Positions 1 to 14,880 of a DNA stretch of 29,483 nt are shown here, one piece after another. The stretch is from Seison nebaliae (lineage: Eukaryota). Below the pieces are notes generated by a model that made no database searches, had not been told where the DNA came from, and saw only the letters and a list, made by a program, of their open reading frames with translations. The DNA lies in the NCBI GenBank assembly GCA_023231475.1, contig JALJEE010001503.1:62001-91483 (forward strand), read 5' to 3'. The position numbers and the translations under genes were made by a program. Each line of letters starts with the position of its first letter. The first letter of the stretch is position 1.

Positions 1-329
1 ACCAAACAAATTCCCCATCTTTCATCTAAACACATCCGATGGTGGAGGATATGATTAGATTATGATATATTTATCAGTTTTTTAGAGAAGGAATTCTTTT
101 AAACTTCAGTTGGTTCCTGTGTGTCATTGTTACCGCTACAATACTGCATTTCTTCAGCTGCGGCCGCATATTTAGTAGAAGCATTTCCCTTATCTTTCGA
201 AACTGCCGTGTGATTTAACATGCAAACAATTCCAACACTTAAATTGATTCTGGTCGAATAAACAGCAAGATATCCAAGTGAGGCAACCAAAGCAAAATAT
301 AAACGAACTGATCCTAAAAGTTTACTCAT
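1..329 (-). CDS. SLC17/sialin-like MFS anion or phosphate transporter, 5' partial (continues beyond the left edge)
   Basis: Exon 329-105 encodes the first TM segment (LGYLAVYSTRINLSVGIVCM, resembling the SLC17 RxNLSxAIVxM motif). A 79-nt phase-0 intron at 104-26 (GTTTAA...TTTAG) follows, then exon 25-1 reads MKDGEFVW, matching the GEFxW motif before TM2. Subfamily is unresolved. Confidence 0.8.
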
Positions 330-534
330 GATTTATTCGTGTTTGCACGCGCAAAAAATAAAAAGTCTTTAATAAAAATTTCCGAATAATTTTATAAAGA
401 AATTCAATATAAACATTTCTTCACAATCAAAATATTCATTGAATTCAGAAGATGTTTCTCATAAATTATGAAAATTATGAAAATTTACTTAAACATCTTT
501 CACTCTTTCTCGCTCTCTCTTCTCCCATTTTCTT

Positions 535-3500
535 TCACTTCTCTTTCACCAGCGATTGCATTGTCTCGTAAAGTGAATTGTCTAATACTTCGATATATGG
601 AAGAATGTTCTCCATTTGACTGATTGCCGTGACGATAGCGATCATACGTTTTCCTGTTTCTGACGCTCGATCAATTCCGTCATGATTGAAACATTGGAGA
701 ATGACTTTGAAGACGGTTGGCAAATTACCAAGATTCTCTCCAACAATTTGTTCATTTCTGCTCTCGGTCAAATCGCAAAGATAACCGAAAATATGTTCAC
801 TTTCCTCTCGATCTTCCCATGTCGGTAACCAGCTGAACCATGTTGGGAGAATTTGCTAATATGAAGAGTAATAATAAAAATTTTCAAAAATTTCAAATTT
901 TCAAAAAAATAGTAAAAGAAATAATGAAAGAAATAGAAATGAATGATTGAATTGTAACTTTTAACGTATCGTCTTGTGGGAGATTTCTGATGATTTTCGT
1001 TGCTGCTGAAATACAATTTTCTGTCGCTGAATTATTATCATTTACTCTGGAATTTGGTTTATTAATTTCCTGAACTAAGACATCGATGGCCATTTTGCAG
1101 ATCTGTTGAGTGTGGTCCCAATATTTGCTGGCTAGAATGCCAATTCCATAACTTGCTGCTTGTCGTACGCCTGGTTCCGTATCTTTAATTTGTGCAATTA
1201 ATAAAGGAATCACATTATTTCCATACGCTTCCAATGCTTCAGTTCCCCCGAATTCGAACACATCATCCCAAGCACAAATTCCCCATTGTCTGTCTGTTGA
1301 ACTGGATTCATTCAAAATTAATTGTTTAAATTCTTTTTGAACGAATTTATCAAAATGTGGTAGAATGTTGGCACCATACATTTTCATGATGATATGGAAA
1401 CAATCGGACATATTTGAAAGAACAGGTTGTTCTTCCGTTTCTGGAAATTCGATTTCATCACTATCATCATCGATATCATCTTTTTTCTTCTTCAATTTTT
1501 CTTCTTGATCTTTTTCTCTTTCTTGAAGTTTCGTCGACATCACTTTAAATATTTCACTAATTTGATCCTCATCAATGAATTCATATCCTACTAATTCTAA
1601 ACATTCGCCTAATTTGGTGAACATGTCACCGATATACTCTCGTTCCGGTTCATAATTTAATGCACTAATCAATTCCGTATGGACATTATTCCAAAGAGTT
1701 TTGAAAAATGTTTGACCTTTCGCCTTTCCACATTTTAATAAATATGGCATCGCTTCAACGGCATTCGCTCGAACATTATCATGAAAATAAAACCGTAATA
1801 ATGGTATCATCAATTCAGCTACATCAGAGATATATGGTGCAAATGCATCGCCCAAATCCTTCATATAACAAATCAACATACTACAAGCATTATTCTTTTC
1901 TTCTAAACCGGTGGTTCTAATGGCGAAAGTCTGTTGATTTTTTATTGTTATTATCTGTAATTCATCTTCATCAACTTCATCAATATCGTCACTAGACAAT
2001 TGATGAATTTCCGGTTTTAATGATGCCACTTTCATTACTGACGGCATAACAGTTGGTAAATAAGGCTCGAACTTCTTTCCCAAAATCGTACACATTCTCG
2101 CCCAAGCACTAATCATATAAGAGATTTGTTGATTATCAGCTGGTAAATTAGCGAAATGTTCTTGACATTGCATCAAATAATTCATAACTTCCGAACAATC
2201 TTTCATAAATATATCTGATCCAACAGCTAATCCAATCAAAGAGATACATTCAATTGTCTTCCCACTCAACACATCCAATTTTTGTGCGTCGGCGATTTTG
2301 TACACTTTTTTCAAATTATCAATGAACCACGAATAATAATCGGTGAATTCTTTCTGTGCCGTATCAGAAACAGCAGCGATTGATGTGATGACTTGTTCCA
2401 ATACATGTTTCCTTTTCGTTGTTAATAATTCGTCGATCTTCTTTCCTAATACATTCGATAATGATTGTAGAATCGGTTTGAGATGAGGCTTCAAATTTGG
2501 CAACATGGCGTCCTCACTAAAATTGACGATTGCTGCACCGGCATGTGCTTGTGTTCTTGGTACGGTCTCATTCTCTAAAATCGTTAATAATGTTTGAATA
2601 ACTTGTTCACCATATTGCTTCTGAAATTTGGGAGCGAAATCAGTCGACATTTGACCGAGTGCATTACAAACTGCATATCTCACACGAGGATGTGCATCAT
2701 TTCCAAAAGAACAAACAGCAAAGACGATACTCTCCAACATCTTCTCCATCTCTTTTAATGATCCTTCTCCCGATGCTGAAATTGCCATTAATGCCGCATA
2801 TCGTTCTTTCCATGATTCTGATTCTAACATTCTTTCGATCATTTTAAATAATGGTTCCACTATCATCTTTCCTTGTAAGGCACAAGATAAACGATCTAAA
2901 CAACTCTCACCAATAATCGGATCACTATCTTGATCTTCATCTTCGTCTTCATCACATGCAACCCAACTTTCATCATCATCCACATTTACCATCATTTTTA
3001 AACATGATTCCACAATATCACCAAATATCGGACCGGCATTCTGTTTCACCATATTCGGCGACGTTTCACACATCGTTATGAGAACTTCCAATGCCAAATG
3101 TTTCGTTTCCTCTTCAATAATCTTCTCATTACTTCTCACCGTCTCTAAAAGTGTTCGACAGAAATCAGGTAATAACGGTTTGAATAATCGGACGCCACAT
3201 TCGGCCAAATCGATCATCGATTTCAATGCACAATTATCCCCTTCGATATCTAATTGTTGTCCTTTCTCACGAGTAGTTTGTGTACGAATATCTTCTTGTA
3301 ATGTATTCAAAACTTGAGCTAGACATGGATGGAATTGTAAGGGAATTTTCGAACCATCTTCCATGTAAGAGAAGAGTGCATTCATCGCTTTTAAACAAGC
3401 CAATCGAACAAAAATATCATTATCCATCATTAAATGATTGATGAGTTCGACGATTTTCATTTGATAAGAATCAAACGAATTTCCATATAAACCGATATGT

Positions 3501-4027
3501 GAAGAGAGAACATAAAGGACAGTTTGTTTCGTTAAACTATTTGAATTTGTATTCATTCCATATTGATGGACGAAATTCACGTACTCCTCCCACGGATGTC
3601 CAATAATGACATGATCACCATTTCCGTTCGTTTTCTTCACGTCCTCATCATTCTCATTCGTATTGTCATGAAGTTCATTCAATCCTCTCAACAATTCAAC
3701 TGATACATCAATATATCTTCGTCTTAATCCAATATTCTCCTCCATAATAATTCGATCTAATAATTTATTTTTAAACTCATTTTGAGAATTCTTATCGAAT
3801 TCCGTCCACCATTCCGTCAAATTTGTTTGAACCACTTTTCTCAATAAAACGAGAGCGAACGTTCTCAAATCCATCTCTTCACTCGTCGTCGCTAAATGCC
3901 AAAGAAGTGCCAATTTTTTCGGTACTTCCATCGACGTGTACGCTTCCTCTGCTTTGTCATAATCAGTTCCCGAAGGATTGATCATCACCTTTAACAAATT
4001 AGTGAATTCCTCTCCCAATTCCTCCAT
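535..4027 (-). CDS. IPO5: Importin-5 / karyopherin beta-3 (about 1129 aa, 2 exons)
   Basis: HEAT-repeat protein with importin-5 motifs (HPRVRYAVCNALGQMSTDFAP, GKTIECISLIGLAVG, YMISAWARMCTILGK, IRTTGLEEK, VRQAASYG, ATENCISA). Exons 4027-959 and 855-535 are joined by a 103-nt phase-0 intron at 958-856, giving TLK|QILPTWFSWLPTWEDREE. The track ORF 535..771 is the tail of exon 2. Confidence 0.95.
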
Positions 4028-4747
4028 TCTTATTTTTCGTTTGAATTTGAATGAATTTCAAAATATTAGAAATGTTTCGATAGCTTCCGTCGGTTAGACT
4101 CGTGATATGATTTCTTCTCTAATGAAGTAAAATACTAAACAAAAAAAGAAAAAAGGGAAAATACTTGGGAAATATTTAGATGGGTAAAAAGAAAGAATTG
4201 GATTGGATCTGAATAATTAACTCGATTTTCTTTTCCTTTATGAACGAAAATGAATTCGAATTAATTTAAAGAAAATTTCAATTAATTTTCCTAATCTAAT
4301 AATAATTCAAGAAATATCATTGAAAAGAAGAAGGGAATGATGATTTATTCCAAATCTTTCGTTTTATCCCAATGAAAATGTTGTAACAATTTGAAATTGA
4401 GAATTCAGTTTGAGAAAGGTAAGAATGAAAGAATGGTATTGTATAATACAGACGAACGAATGAGATGAACATTATTATTAGAGTATTAATTCCTTGAATT
4501 CGAAGAGCAAATTAATTCTGACACGAGGTTTTTTTGATAGCTACTTTCCTTCACCATCAACAATCCTCCTCAAACTTCCTTCTCCATTCACTTTCATCAT
4601 TCAAAATATAAAAACGAAGCTCTTTTTCTCTCTTTACCTTCTCCACATTTTCCCTGTGAATACTGTCCTCCCCACAACAAACAACAATAACAGTCATCAT
4701 TCGAACATAAATAAACACAGAAGAATTAATGAATCACAAGAAATATA
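4028..4747. promoter_or_regulatory. Divergent (head-to-head) intergenic region between IPO5 and KAT5
   Basis: Inferred from gene orientation only. Contains a strong plus-strand donor AAG|GTAAGA at 4419 that may close a KAT5 5'UTR exon. Confidence 0.45.
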
Positions 4748-4912
4748 ATGGTTCGCAATTTGTATTGAAGATATAATTAAGATGAATGTTAGTTGTCTTC
4801 CACTCATTCATAAGTATTGGATAGATGTCTAAATTTGAGAATAATTATAAGTGTATAAAATTTCCCAGAATATGTTGAAAGAAAACCTAAATTATTTTCA
4901 TTCTTTTTCTAG

Positions 4913-6775
<1,863 letters not shown>

Positions 6776-7933
6776 CAAAAAATCATGGAAAAAACGAATT
6801 TTCTCATTATTTCTTTTTTTTACAAGCGAAATAAAAAAATATTTCTAATCAATCAATCCCTTTCATAATCAATATAAACTTTTTTAAATTATTAGTAACT
6901 ATTTAAATTAATAATTGACTTTTATTTCACTTTTTTTTAATTTATCAGAATTATTTTTGAAAAAAAAAATTTTTTCTTGTTCAACAAAATCAAATCAACA
7001 ACAAAAAACGATCGTTTAGGAATACATAAGTACAGTACATAATCAACAATGAATTTAGTAACGCTCAAATTTAGTGGAAGAATTTTTTCTGATATCAATA
7101 GACTCTCATAAATCATTTATGGTTATATGATGGAAGGAAAGAAAACATTGTCTGACATTGTGAACAAATTGCTACCGGTCTAAAAAGTACAAATTATTTT
7201 AACTGTCCGTTAAGGTTAAGATAAGTTTATTTTCATTAAACAACAAAAAAATCATTCACAAAGATAAAAAAGATAGTCAGCAAATTTCGTTTTTCCCTCC
7301 ATTCTAGATGTGCATCTGGAACTCACCGAAATGTTAACGTTTATTTGTGTGAGAAGAAGATTAGTGAGGGAATGAAATTCATGTGTTTTCCTTCGTAATG
7401 CTACATTAATCGGTGAAGTGATATACGGTAATTCACTTTTTTTGCCAATATGATTCGGACATATGCTCCAGAGAAGATAACTTCATCCTTACATCAAACA
7501 CCTCATTAGAAAAATTGGAGAATTGTTTTTGAAAAAAGTTTCATTCTATTTCCAGTCAGATCTCAAGAGAACGGAAAGATATGATGGAACATTTTGTTAC
7601 GGATAGAGATGCCACAACATACACAATCACGATTGGTTTCCATTTATTTTCTTTTTTTTTTAATCAATAAATTTCATCGATATTCCATCGATGATACGGA
7701 AAGTAAATCAATTCCATGATTATTATTAAATTTTTGAGTAATATATTATCATATGAGTGCATTTATTATCAAGGATTATGTAATGGAACTATAATAATTA
7801 GAGAATATGATAATAAGCGATCAAATTTCCTACATATCGATTATTGGACAAAGATAATAAATGATAATATGATTAAGAGGAAAAGAAATCGTAAGGAATG
7901 TGGATTGTCGATAGTTACAATTGAATTGATTTA

Positions 7934-7966
7934 GATTCTTAATAAATATTTGATTCTTAATAAATA
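7934..7966 (+). repeat. 15-bp direct repeat GATTCTTAATAAATA x2 abutting the gelsolin-family ATG
   Basis: Identical copies at 7934-7948 and 7952-7966; the ATG is at 7967. Confidence 0.85.
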
Positions 7967-10823
7967 ATGTTCTCTAATTTGGAATTTGAAGATGATGCGT
8001 TTAAAAACGCCGGACAAGTACCAGGCGTTGAAGTGTGGCGAGTGGAGAATTTCCGAATGATAAGAGTAGAAGAGAAGAAATATGGATCGTTTTATTCGGG
8101 AGATTGTTATTTGATTTTGAAAGTTTTTTCTTCAACTTTTTTTTTCAATTATTTAAGTTTAAATATTTTCAAATTAGACTTATAAGAATAGATATGGATC
8201 ATTGGAATGGAATATTCATTATTGGTTAGGTGAAGAAAGTAGTCAAGATGAACATGGGACGGTAGCTATAAAAGCGGTGGAATTGGATGAATCGCTTGGT
8301 GGCAAACCAATTCAACATCGAGAAGTGATGTTATATGAATCCGATTTATTCTTAAGTGCCTTCCCTAATGGAGTTGCGTTTGAAAGATAATTTACTCTAT
8401 CAATTCTCCTATAATTGATATTGTTAATTTCAGATATTTGGATGGAGGTACTGCTTCTGGTTTTGTCCACGTTGAGAAGGGAGAATATCTCACAAGATTA
8501 TTTCGTGTAAAAGGAAAACGACTTGTGAGAATTTGGAAAGTCAAATGTGATGTCAGTTCGTTAAACAAGTCGGATAGTTTCATTTTGGACACGGACAATC
8601 TGGTATATGTTTGGAATGGACCGAATTCACACCCAAAAGAAAAACTGAGAGTTCAGTTTTATTATTATTATTATCATTATACACAAATTGGTAGGCGACT
8701 AATTTTGCAACACAATTGAAAGACAATGAGAAGAGTGGGAGAGGTACAGTGAAAATACTTCAACATTGGAAAGTGGCTGATGAATTCTATCGTTATCTCA
8801 ACGGAACATGGAAAGATATTCCTGATTCTACAAGTGATTCAGAATCGGACGAAGTATTTGACGCCGAATTCAAACAAAACTTACAACTTTTTAGGTAAAA
8901 TTGGAGAATTTTTTACTTTTTTAATTCTTTTTCCATTTGTGTAGAGTTTCTGATGAGAGTCAACAAATTCGTGTTGATGAGATTGCGAGAGCACCATTGA
9001 AACAGAAACTGTTAAATTCCCAAGATTGTTTCATTGTGAATGCCGGAAAATATGGAATTTATGTTTGGATCGGCACAAGATGTTCGTTAAAAGAGAAAGC
9101 GTGCGCCGTCAAAGCAGCAGAAGTTCAATTTAAAAAAAAAACAAAATGACATATCAAATATTTTAAAGGAATTTTTGAAAGTTTATAAATGTCCCAAATG
9201 GACGTTGATCACTAAAGTCCACGAAAATTCGGAGACTGTCGTTTTCAAATCATTCTTTCGAGATTGGAAAGATAATACAGAAAAAGATCAATTGGAGAGC
9301 AAAGCAAAAAGTTTAGTATAATATTCATGTGGAAATCTTTTTAGACGTTTTCCGCAGAAATGTTTGATGAATTGTCATTCGATTTATCCGAATTATCTCT
9401 TCATGCGAAAAGTGCGGGAACTGCCGCTAACTTTATGCCAGATTCATGTGATGGAAAAATCGAAGTTATTTCAAAAAATATCAAACTAAAAATAATTTTA
9501 TTTTATTTGACAAATGTCAAGTGTTTAAAATTAGTTCCTCAAAAGTGGATTTTGGACGAGGTTCCCAGTCGCCATTTCGGTCTCTTCTACGACGATACAT
9601 GTTATGTCATCAAATATAAATCAGAGAAACAAAAACTATTATATTTGTGGAGAGTTAGTGAGAAATGTTTAAGTTTGAACAATATTTTAATTTTCTTTAG
9701 GGAAATAGATGTGGAGAGACGAGTGAAACGGTTTTAGAAGAGATGGTCAATTCACTAGAAGATGATATGGGAAATGATATTATAAAAGTGTCATTCGTTT
9801 CGGGAAAAGAACCCGAACATTTCTTACGATTATTTAAAGGCAAATTGATTATTCGACATGTTTAAATTTATATTATTTAATTTTGAATTATTATTTGAAA
9901 ATTGTTTTATAAAATCTACAAAGGCGAAAGCGGCAAATGAAGAACGTCAATTGTATCATATTAAAGGATCGACTCCATTGAATATTCGAGCTAAACAAGT
10001 CAAATGTCTGACAACATCGTTGAATAGTGATGATTCATTTATTGCATTCGATCCAAATAAAGTCTTTATTTGGTACGGGAAAGTTCGTTTCATATTATTC
10101 GATAATCGATTTAATTGTCATCAAATAGTTCTCGAATGACTTAGAAAAACAATTTGCTCAGAATATGGTGAAATATCTACATGAAAAGTTTCATTCTTAT
10201 TCATCTGAAACATCATTTGATGATGGACATATCAATTAACAGAACTCCATCAATCATAAAGGAAGAAAGAGAAACGAACGATTTTTGGTCGATTCTGGGC
10301 GCAAAACGAGCGGACCGATCATATGTTGATATCGTCCAAGAAAGAGTTAAATTAATCTTTCAAATTTCAAATCGTTCAAAAATTTTCCATTAATTCTTCT
10401 TTAGCACGAAGCAATGAGATTAAGTGATGCTCGATTATTCCATTGTTATCATACAGGAAAATGTTTCAAGATCGAAGAAATTCACAATTTGTCTTTAGAT
10501 GTTCAAATTCTTTTTCTAAACTCTTATTAGGAGATTTATATGAAAAATTAATTTTAGGAATTAATCGAAGATGATGTCATGTTAATGGATGATGGTGATG
10601 TGATATTTGTATGGATTGGAAATGGTTCGAGTGATGTTGAACGATTATCTGCTACAAAAATGGCACAAGTTCAAAAATTAAATTATACGTAAATTTTGTT
10701 TTTTTAATATTTTCATTCTAGAAATATTTGTCTAACGATCCGGCAAGTGCCAGATATGGAACACCAATAATAACAATTCATCAAGGAAGTGAACCGAAAT
10801 CATTTCTCGATAATTTCGATTAA
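7967..10823 (+). CDS. Gelsolin/villin-family actin-binding protein, six gelsolin repeats, no headpiece (about 706 aa, 15 exons)
   Basis: Exons 7967-8122, 8178-8377, 8434-8650, 8695-8894, 8945-9122, 9169-9310, 9358-9464, 9522-9653, 9701-9859, 9924-10082, 10129-10187, 10243-10345, 10405-10500, 10558-10668 and 10722-10823 total 2121 nt in one open frame. Motifs: [89 protein letters not shown]. Confidence 0.93.
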
Positions 10824-11725
10824 GACATTCGATAAACAATTCAATAGTAGATATAGAAGTCTCCCTCATTCTTCCGATAATCGTCAAACAGTTTTTGAAG
10901 GAAATAAATGTTTAAATATTTTTATTCTTATCCAAATCACTCACATATCGATATATTCATGAAAATTTTAAATTTAGGAAATGGTTTTTTGAAAAAAATT
11001 TATATTTCCCTTAAAGAAATATGAGTATTTGGATTAATGAAAATAAAGTGAATCCTATAAATATGGATTGGTCATTATCTGATTAAATCGTCTTTGACGA
11101 AAGTGTTGTAGAAAAAGGAAAGCAATATTTAAATATATGTGGTTGCTGCGGAGAACAGACGTAATTGAATAAGCAATAATGTATACGAGAGTTGAGGAAG
11201 TAATTGAATGGAATTCCTCAAAAGTAGAAAATGAATATTATTAGTATATAGTTTTGACTTTTTAAAAATTTTCATGGAAACGATTATTGGTTGAGAATAG
11301 AAAGGAATTAAAAATAGGAAGAATGACGCAATTTTTCCCGATGAGAAAACAAATGATGGAGAAATGAAAAAAATAATTGTCAGGAACGATGAAATTTTTC
11401 TTAAATTACAAAAATTTGTATATGGGAAAGAAATTTGATTGTAAATGGAAGTTGATATGAATGAATAAGATAATGAATAAATTTGACTTGAATAATTTGA
11501 CTTGAAATTTATTTTTCGGGAGGGGAGAAGAAAAAATAAATTTCCGATTGAACTGTACAAGAAAATCGATTGATGATTTATTAATGAATCAAAATTATTT
11601 TTGATCATTTTCAACAATTTGAATTAGATGAATTGAAGTAGAAAACTTGAGTGACAATTGAGAAGAAAGAAAATAATACCAGAATGGTGAAATGATAAGC
11701 TTTGAAGATTTTAAATTATTTATCG

Positions 11726-14700
11726 TCAAAGATTAATTAAATTCTCGGGAGTTCGATGAAGAATATTTGCGGAATTCGATAGCGCTTTCAACCACTCTTC
11801 AAATGACCAAGCACTTTTCATGATACGTAATTCGTATGACGAACCACAATTCAAATCCTTCATGACGATAACTCGTTTCTTCTCCACATCGAAATGTTCG
11901 TAGATCATCCAATCGATGATGCGAATACATTTCTCTAATTTCGATTTATAAATTCTTCGATATTTTCGAGCATCCGACGATTGGGAAGTAGTTGGATTGT
12001 CTTCATTTAAATTTATCGAAAATTTTCTACTTCCAAATGTCTTTGGAGCGTAGAATAAAAGTGACGCAGGTGGATGGATGGTGAGTACACACCAATATCG
12101 TTTAGATGTGATGAATGTAGGAACTTGATATCTTTTCAAAATACATCTTTTTCTTACTTCACCTTCGATCAAGATGTTGGTGGCCAGAGTGATGGTTTCA
12201 ATATATTTCTCAATCTCTTCCACTTTCTCTTTTGGTTCAATAAAATCGATTTCATTTAAATTATTTTTCTCTTCTTCTTCTTTTTCAATCGTCGTTTCTT
12301 TTATTTCTTCAATTTCTTCTAAATCTTCTTTATCGTCATTAATCACTTCTTTCATATCATTAATTATTTCTGTTATTTCATCAATTTCATTCGGATTATC
12401 ATTTAATGTTTCATTCGATTTATCCTCATTTCGTCCAGTTATCGATTCGATATCGAGACAAGATGAATAAATCACTTCGTCGTCATTCAATGTGGCGTCT
12501 GGATCGATCGGTAAAGTACAACCATTTTTCAATAATAATTCCGTCGCCATTTCTAACGTTTTATCCACTTCGTCCAATGTCAATCCATTCGGCAATTCAA
12601 CAATTTCCTGCTGTGATGGAATTGGTTGATTATTTATTGGAATATCTAATTGATATGGTTGATTAATTATTGGAATATCTGATTGATTAATTATTGGAAT
12701 ATCTAGTTGATTAGGTTGTGGATGATCGTTAAATTGATGATTATTTATCGTTAAAATTTCATTAAAATACTTCAATTCATTTTCATCGATCATTGATATT
12801 TTTTGTTCATTCTTTTCAATCATTTGATAATTATTCTCATTCTCATCAGATTTATCTTTGGAAATATCATTTGAATTTTTTTCATTCAATTCAATTTCCT
12901 CAATTCTCTTCTCCACATTCAAATCACTATTTATTTTATTTAAATTAATCGGCGGAATTCTCATTATACAACTATCGATGGTTGTGGTGGATTTCTTCCG
13001 AGTTAATCGCTCACGAAAACTATTTTGTTTCTTCAATGTCGTATCAGTTAATGGAGTGGATGGGCGACCAATCGAACCATTCATCGAAGAACGAAGTGAA
13101 GAATTTCTGGTTTGAAAAAAATTGGAAATAATCTTTTGGATAGTATTCTTATCTTTCTTCTTATCATCAACACGATTATCAATTTTTGTCTTCTTTCCAT
13201 CTGATGATGATGTCGTATCAATTGACTCATTAATGAAATTGACGTCACAACGTGTGGAATTGGAACGTACTGATGATGTGATAGATTTGGAGGAATTTGA
13301 ATTAGTTCTCATATTGATCGGATTGGAAGATGACGTAGTGATGGTGGTGATGGAAGTGGAAATTGCCGAACTCGTACATTTCAATAACAAATGAGCCGAT
13401 AACATGGTTTTGGAATCGATGGTAATCGTATCATCAATCACCGAATCGTCAATCAAATTCCTTCGACGATTTAATCGTATGGAAGTATTGGCCGATTTCG
13501 TATTAACATTCGACGACGTAATATTTCTCGTTTTATTCTTCATCAATGTTGTGGATTTCCCCGATTTGCTTGATGAGATGATCGTTCGATTTACTCCCAA
13601 ATTATTTTGAGTATTTTTACCAATTGTCGTTGTTGTGGCAATTGTACTTGTTGTAGTTGCTGTTGTTGTTGTTGTTGTTGTTAATTTGAATTTTATTTTA
13701 TCATTTTCTTCTTGTTCCGTTATCTCATCACCATATGTCACGTAACTGTTATTCGTTTTCACCATCGAATTTATATCATTAAAATTATTTTTTTGTGAGA
13801 ATAAATTCTTGTTCGTTTTATCAATCGTATCATTAAAAAATTTCTGATCCATCTTCTTCGTTGGCGTCTTCAATTGTATCGTCCATTCTGATTTTTTCAA
13901 TTTCCCATTATTGTTGTTGTTGTTGTTGTTGTTGGAAGCATTATGTAATTTGGAGAGATGAAGAGCAATCGATGAATTCTTCTCGACGTTCTTTATCGTT
14001 TGTTGATGATGTTGATTGTTGTGTGGTTCGAGTTGGAGTGAGAGTTTAAAATAATCGTCTTCGATTAACCGCTGAAATTCGTCGAGATGACGGATTTCAT
14101 TCAAATATGTTTGGACGTATCCGATCGTTTTCAAATGATCATAATTCGATTGTTGAAACATAGAAATTATCCTGCAAATATTATTCATCTGAGTATCACG
14201 TTGGGCATCTTTATCCACTGTCTGTGACGGATATGAAATATCAATATAAACTAAATCTTGGAGATATAACGCAATATGAGGAATACATGGCAATTTCAAT
14301 TTGTCTAATAATCGTCGAAGTTTCACTTTCTGCTCATCCAACAACAAACCACACAACTTCTCAAATTGACCGATATAACTATTACTGATTTTCGACCACG
14401 ACGATTTCAATCTGTCAATCGCCACACTCTTCAACGCCGACAAAATAGCGGCGCAACTATGAAGATTATTTAAATCGTTCAATCGTTTCGCAATTTTGAT
14501 GAAATTTGTAATTAAATTCGAACGACGTTTCGCTGTCGTCCGATTTAAAATTTCACGTTGAACCCAAAAATTTATGTAGTTGAATCGTCTGGTAAAAATG
14601 ACGATGTTGGGCGCTTTCTCCATCTTTTCACGTCCCGTCCATCCCATTGATAACAATTCTTCCGCTTGTATCTTCTGAAATAATGGGAGATCAATCAATG

Positions 14701-14848
14701 TCATTTGTGAGGCGAAATCATCAGCTGACACTTTCGAAATATCGAACACAACATTATTATACGAATCGTCTTCATAATATTCGTTATTGGAATCATCGAA
14801 CAATTCACTATTATTGCTCTTCTCATATTGGTGATGTGGTTGAATTGA

Positions 14849-14880
<32 letters not shown>

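Noticed and set aside
768..1016. 82-aa minus-strand ORF and the FISISFII tail of the 893..4027 ORF
   Set aside because: Both are read-through of the IPO5 intron 958-856.
1708..3317. Short plus-strand ORFs opposite IPO5
   Set aside because: Antisense shadows of a conserved CDS with no recognisable motifs.
4494..4748. 84-aa plus-strand ORF upstream of KAT5
   Set aside because: Non-ATG start and low-complexity UTR-like composition.
7000..7934. Possible small gene and GATA-site cluster upstream of the gelsolin-family gene
   Set aside because: No coherent spliced frame was found, and WGATAR words are expected by chance in such AT-rich DNA.
9316..9344. Alternative 29-nt GTATAA...TTTAG intron in the gelsolin-family gene
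   Set aside because: It also keeps frame but is far below the 44-nt floor seen elsewhere, so 9311-9357 was preferred. It is not formally excluded.
11129..11617. 162-aa F/I/S/L-rich minus-strand ORF
   Set aside because: Non-ATG start and composition typical of a T-rich 3'UTR downstream of RalGPS.
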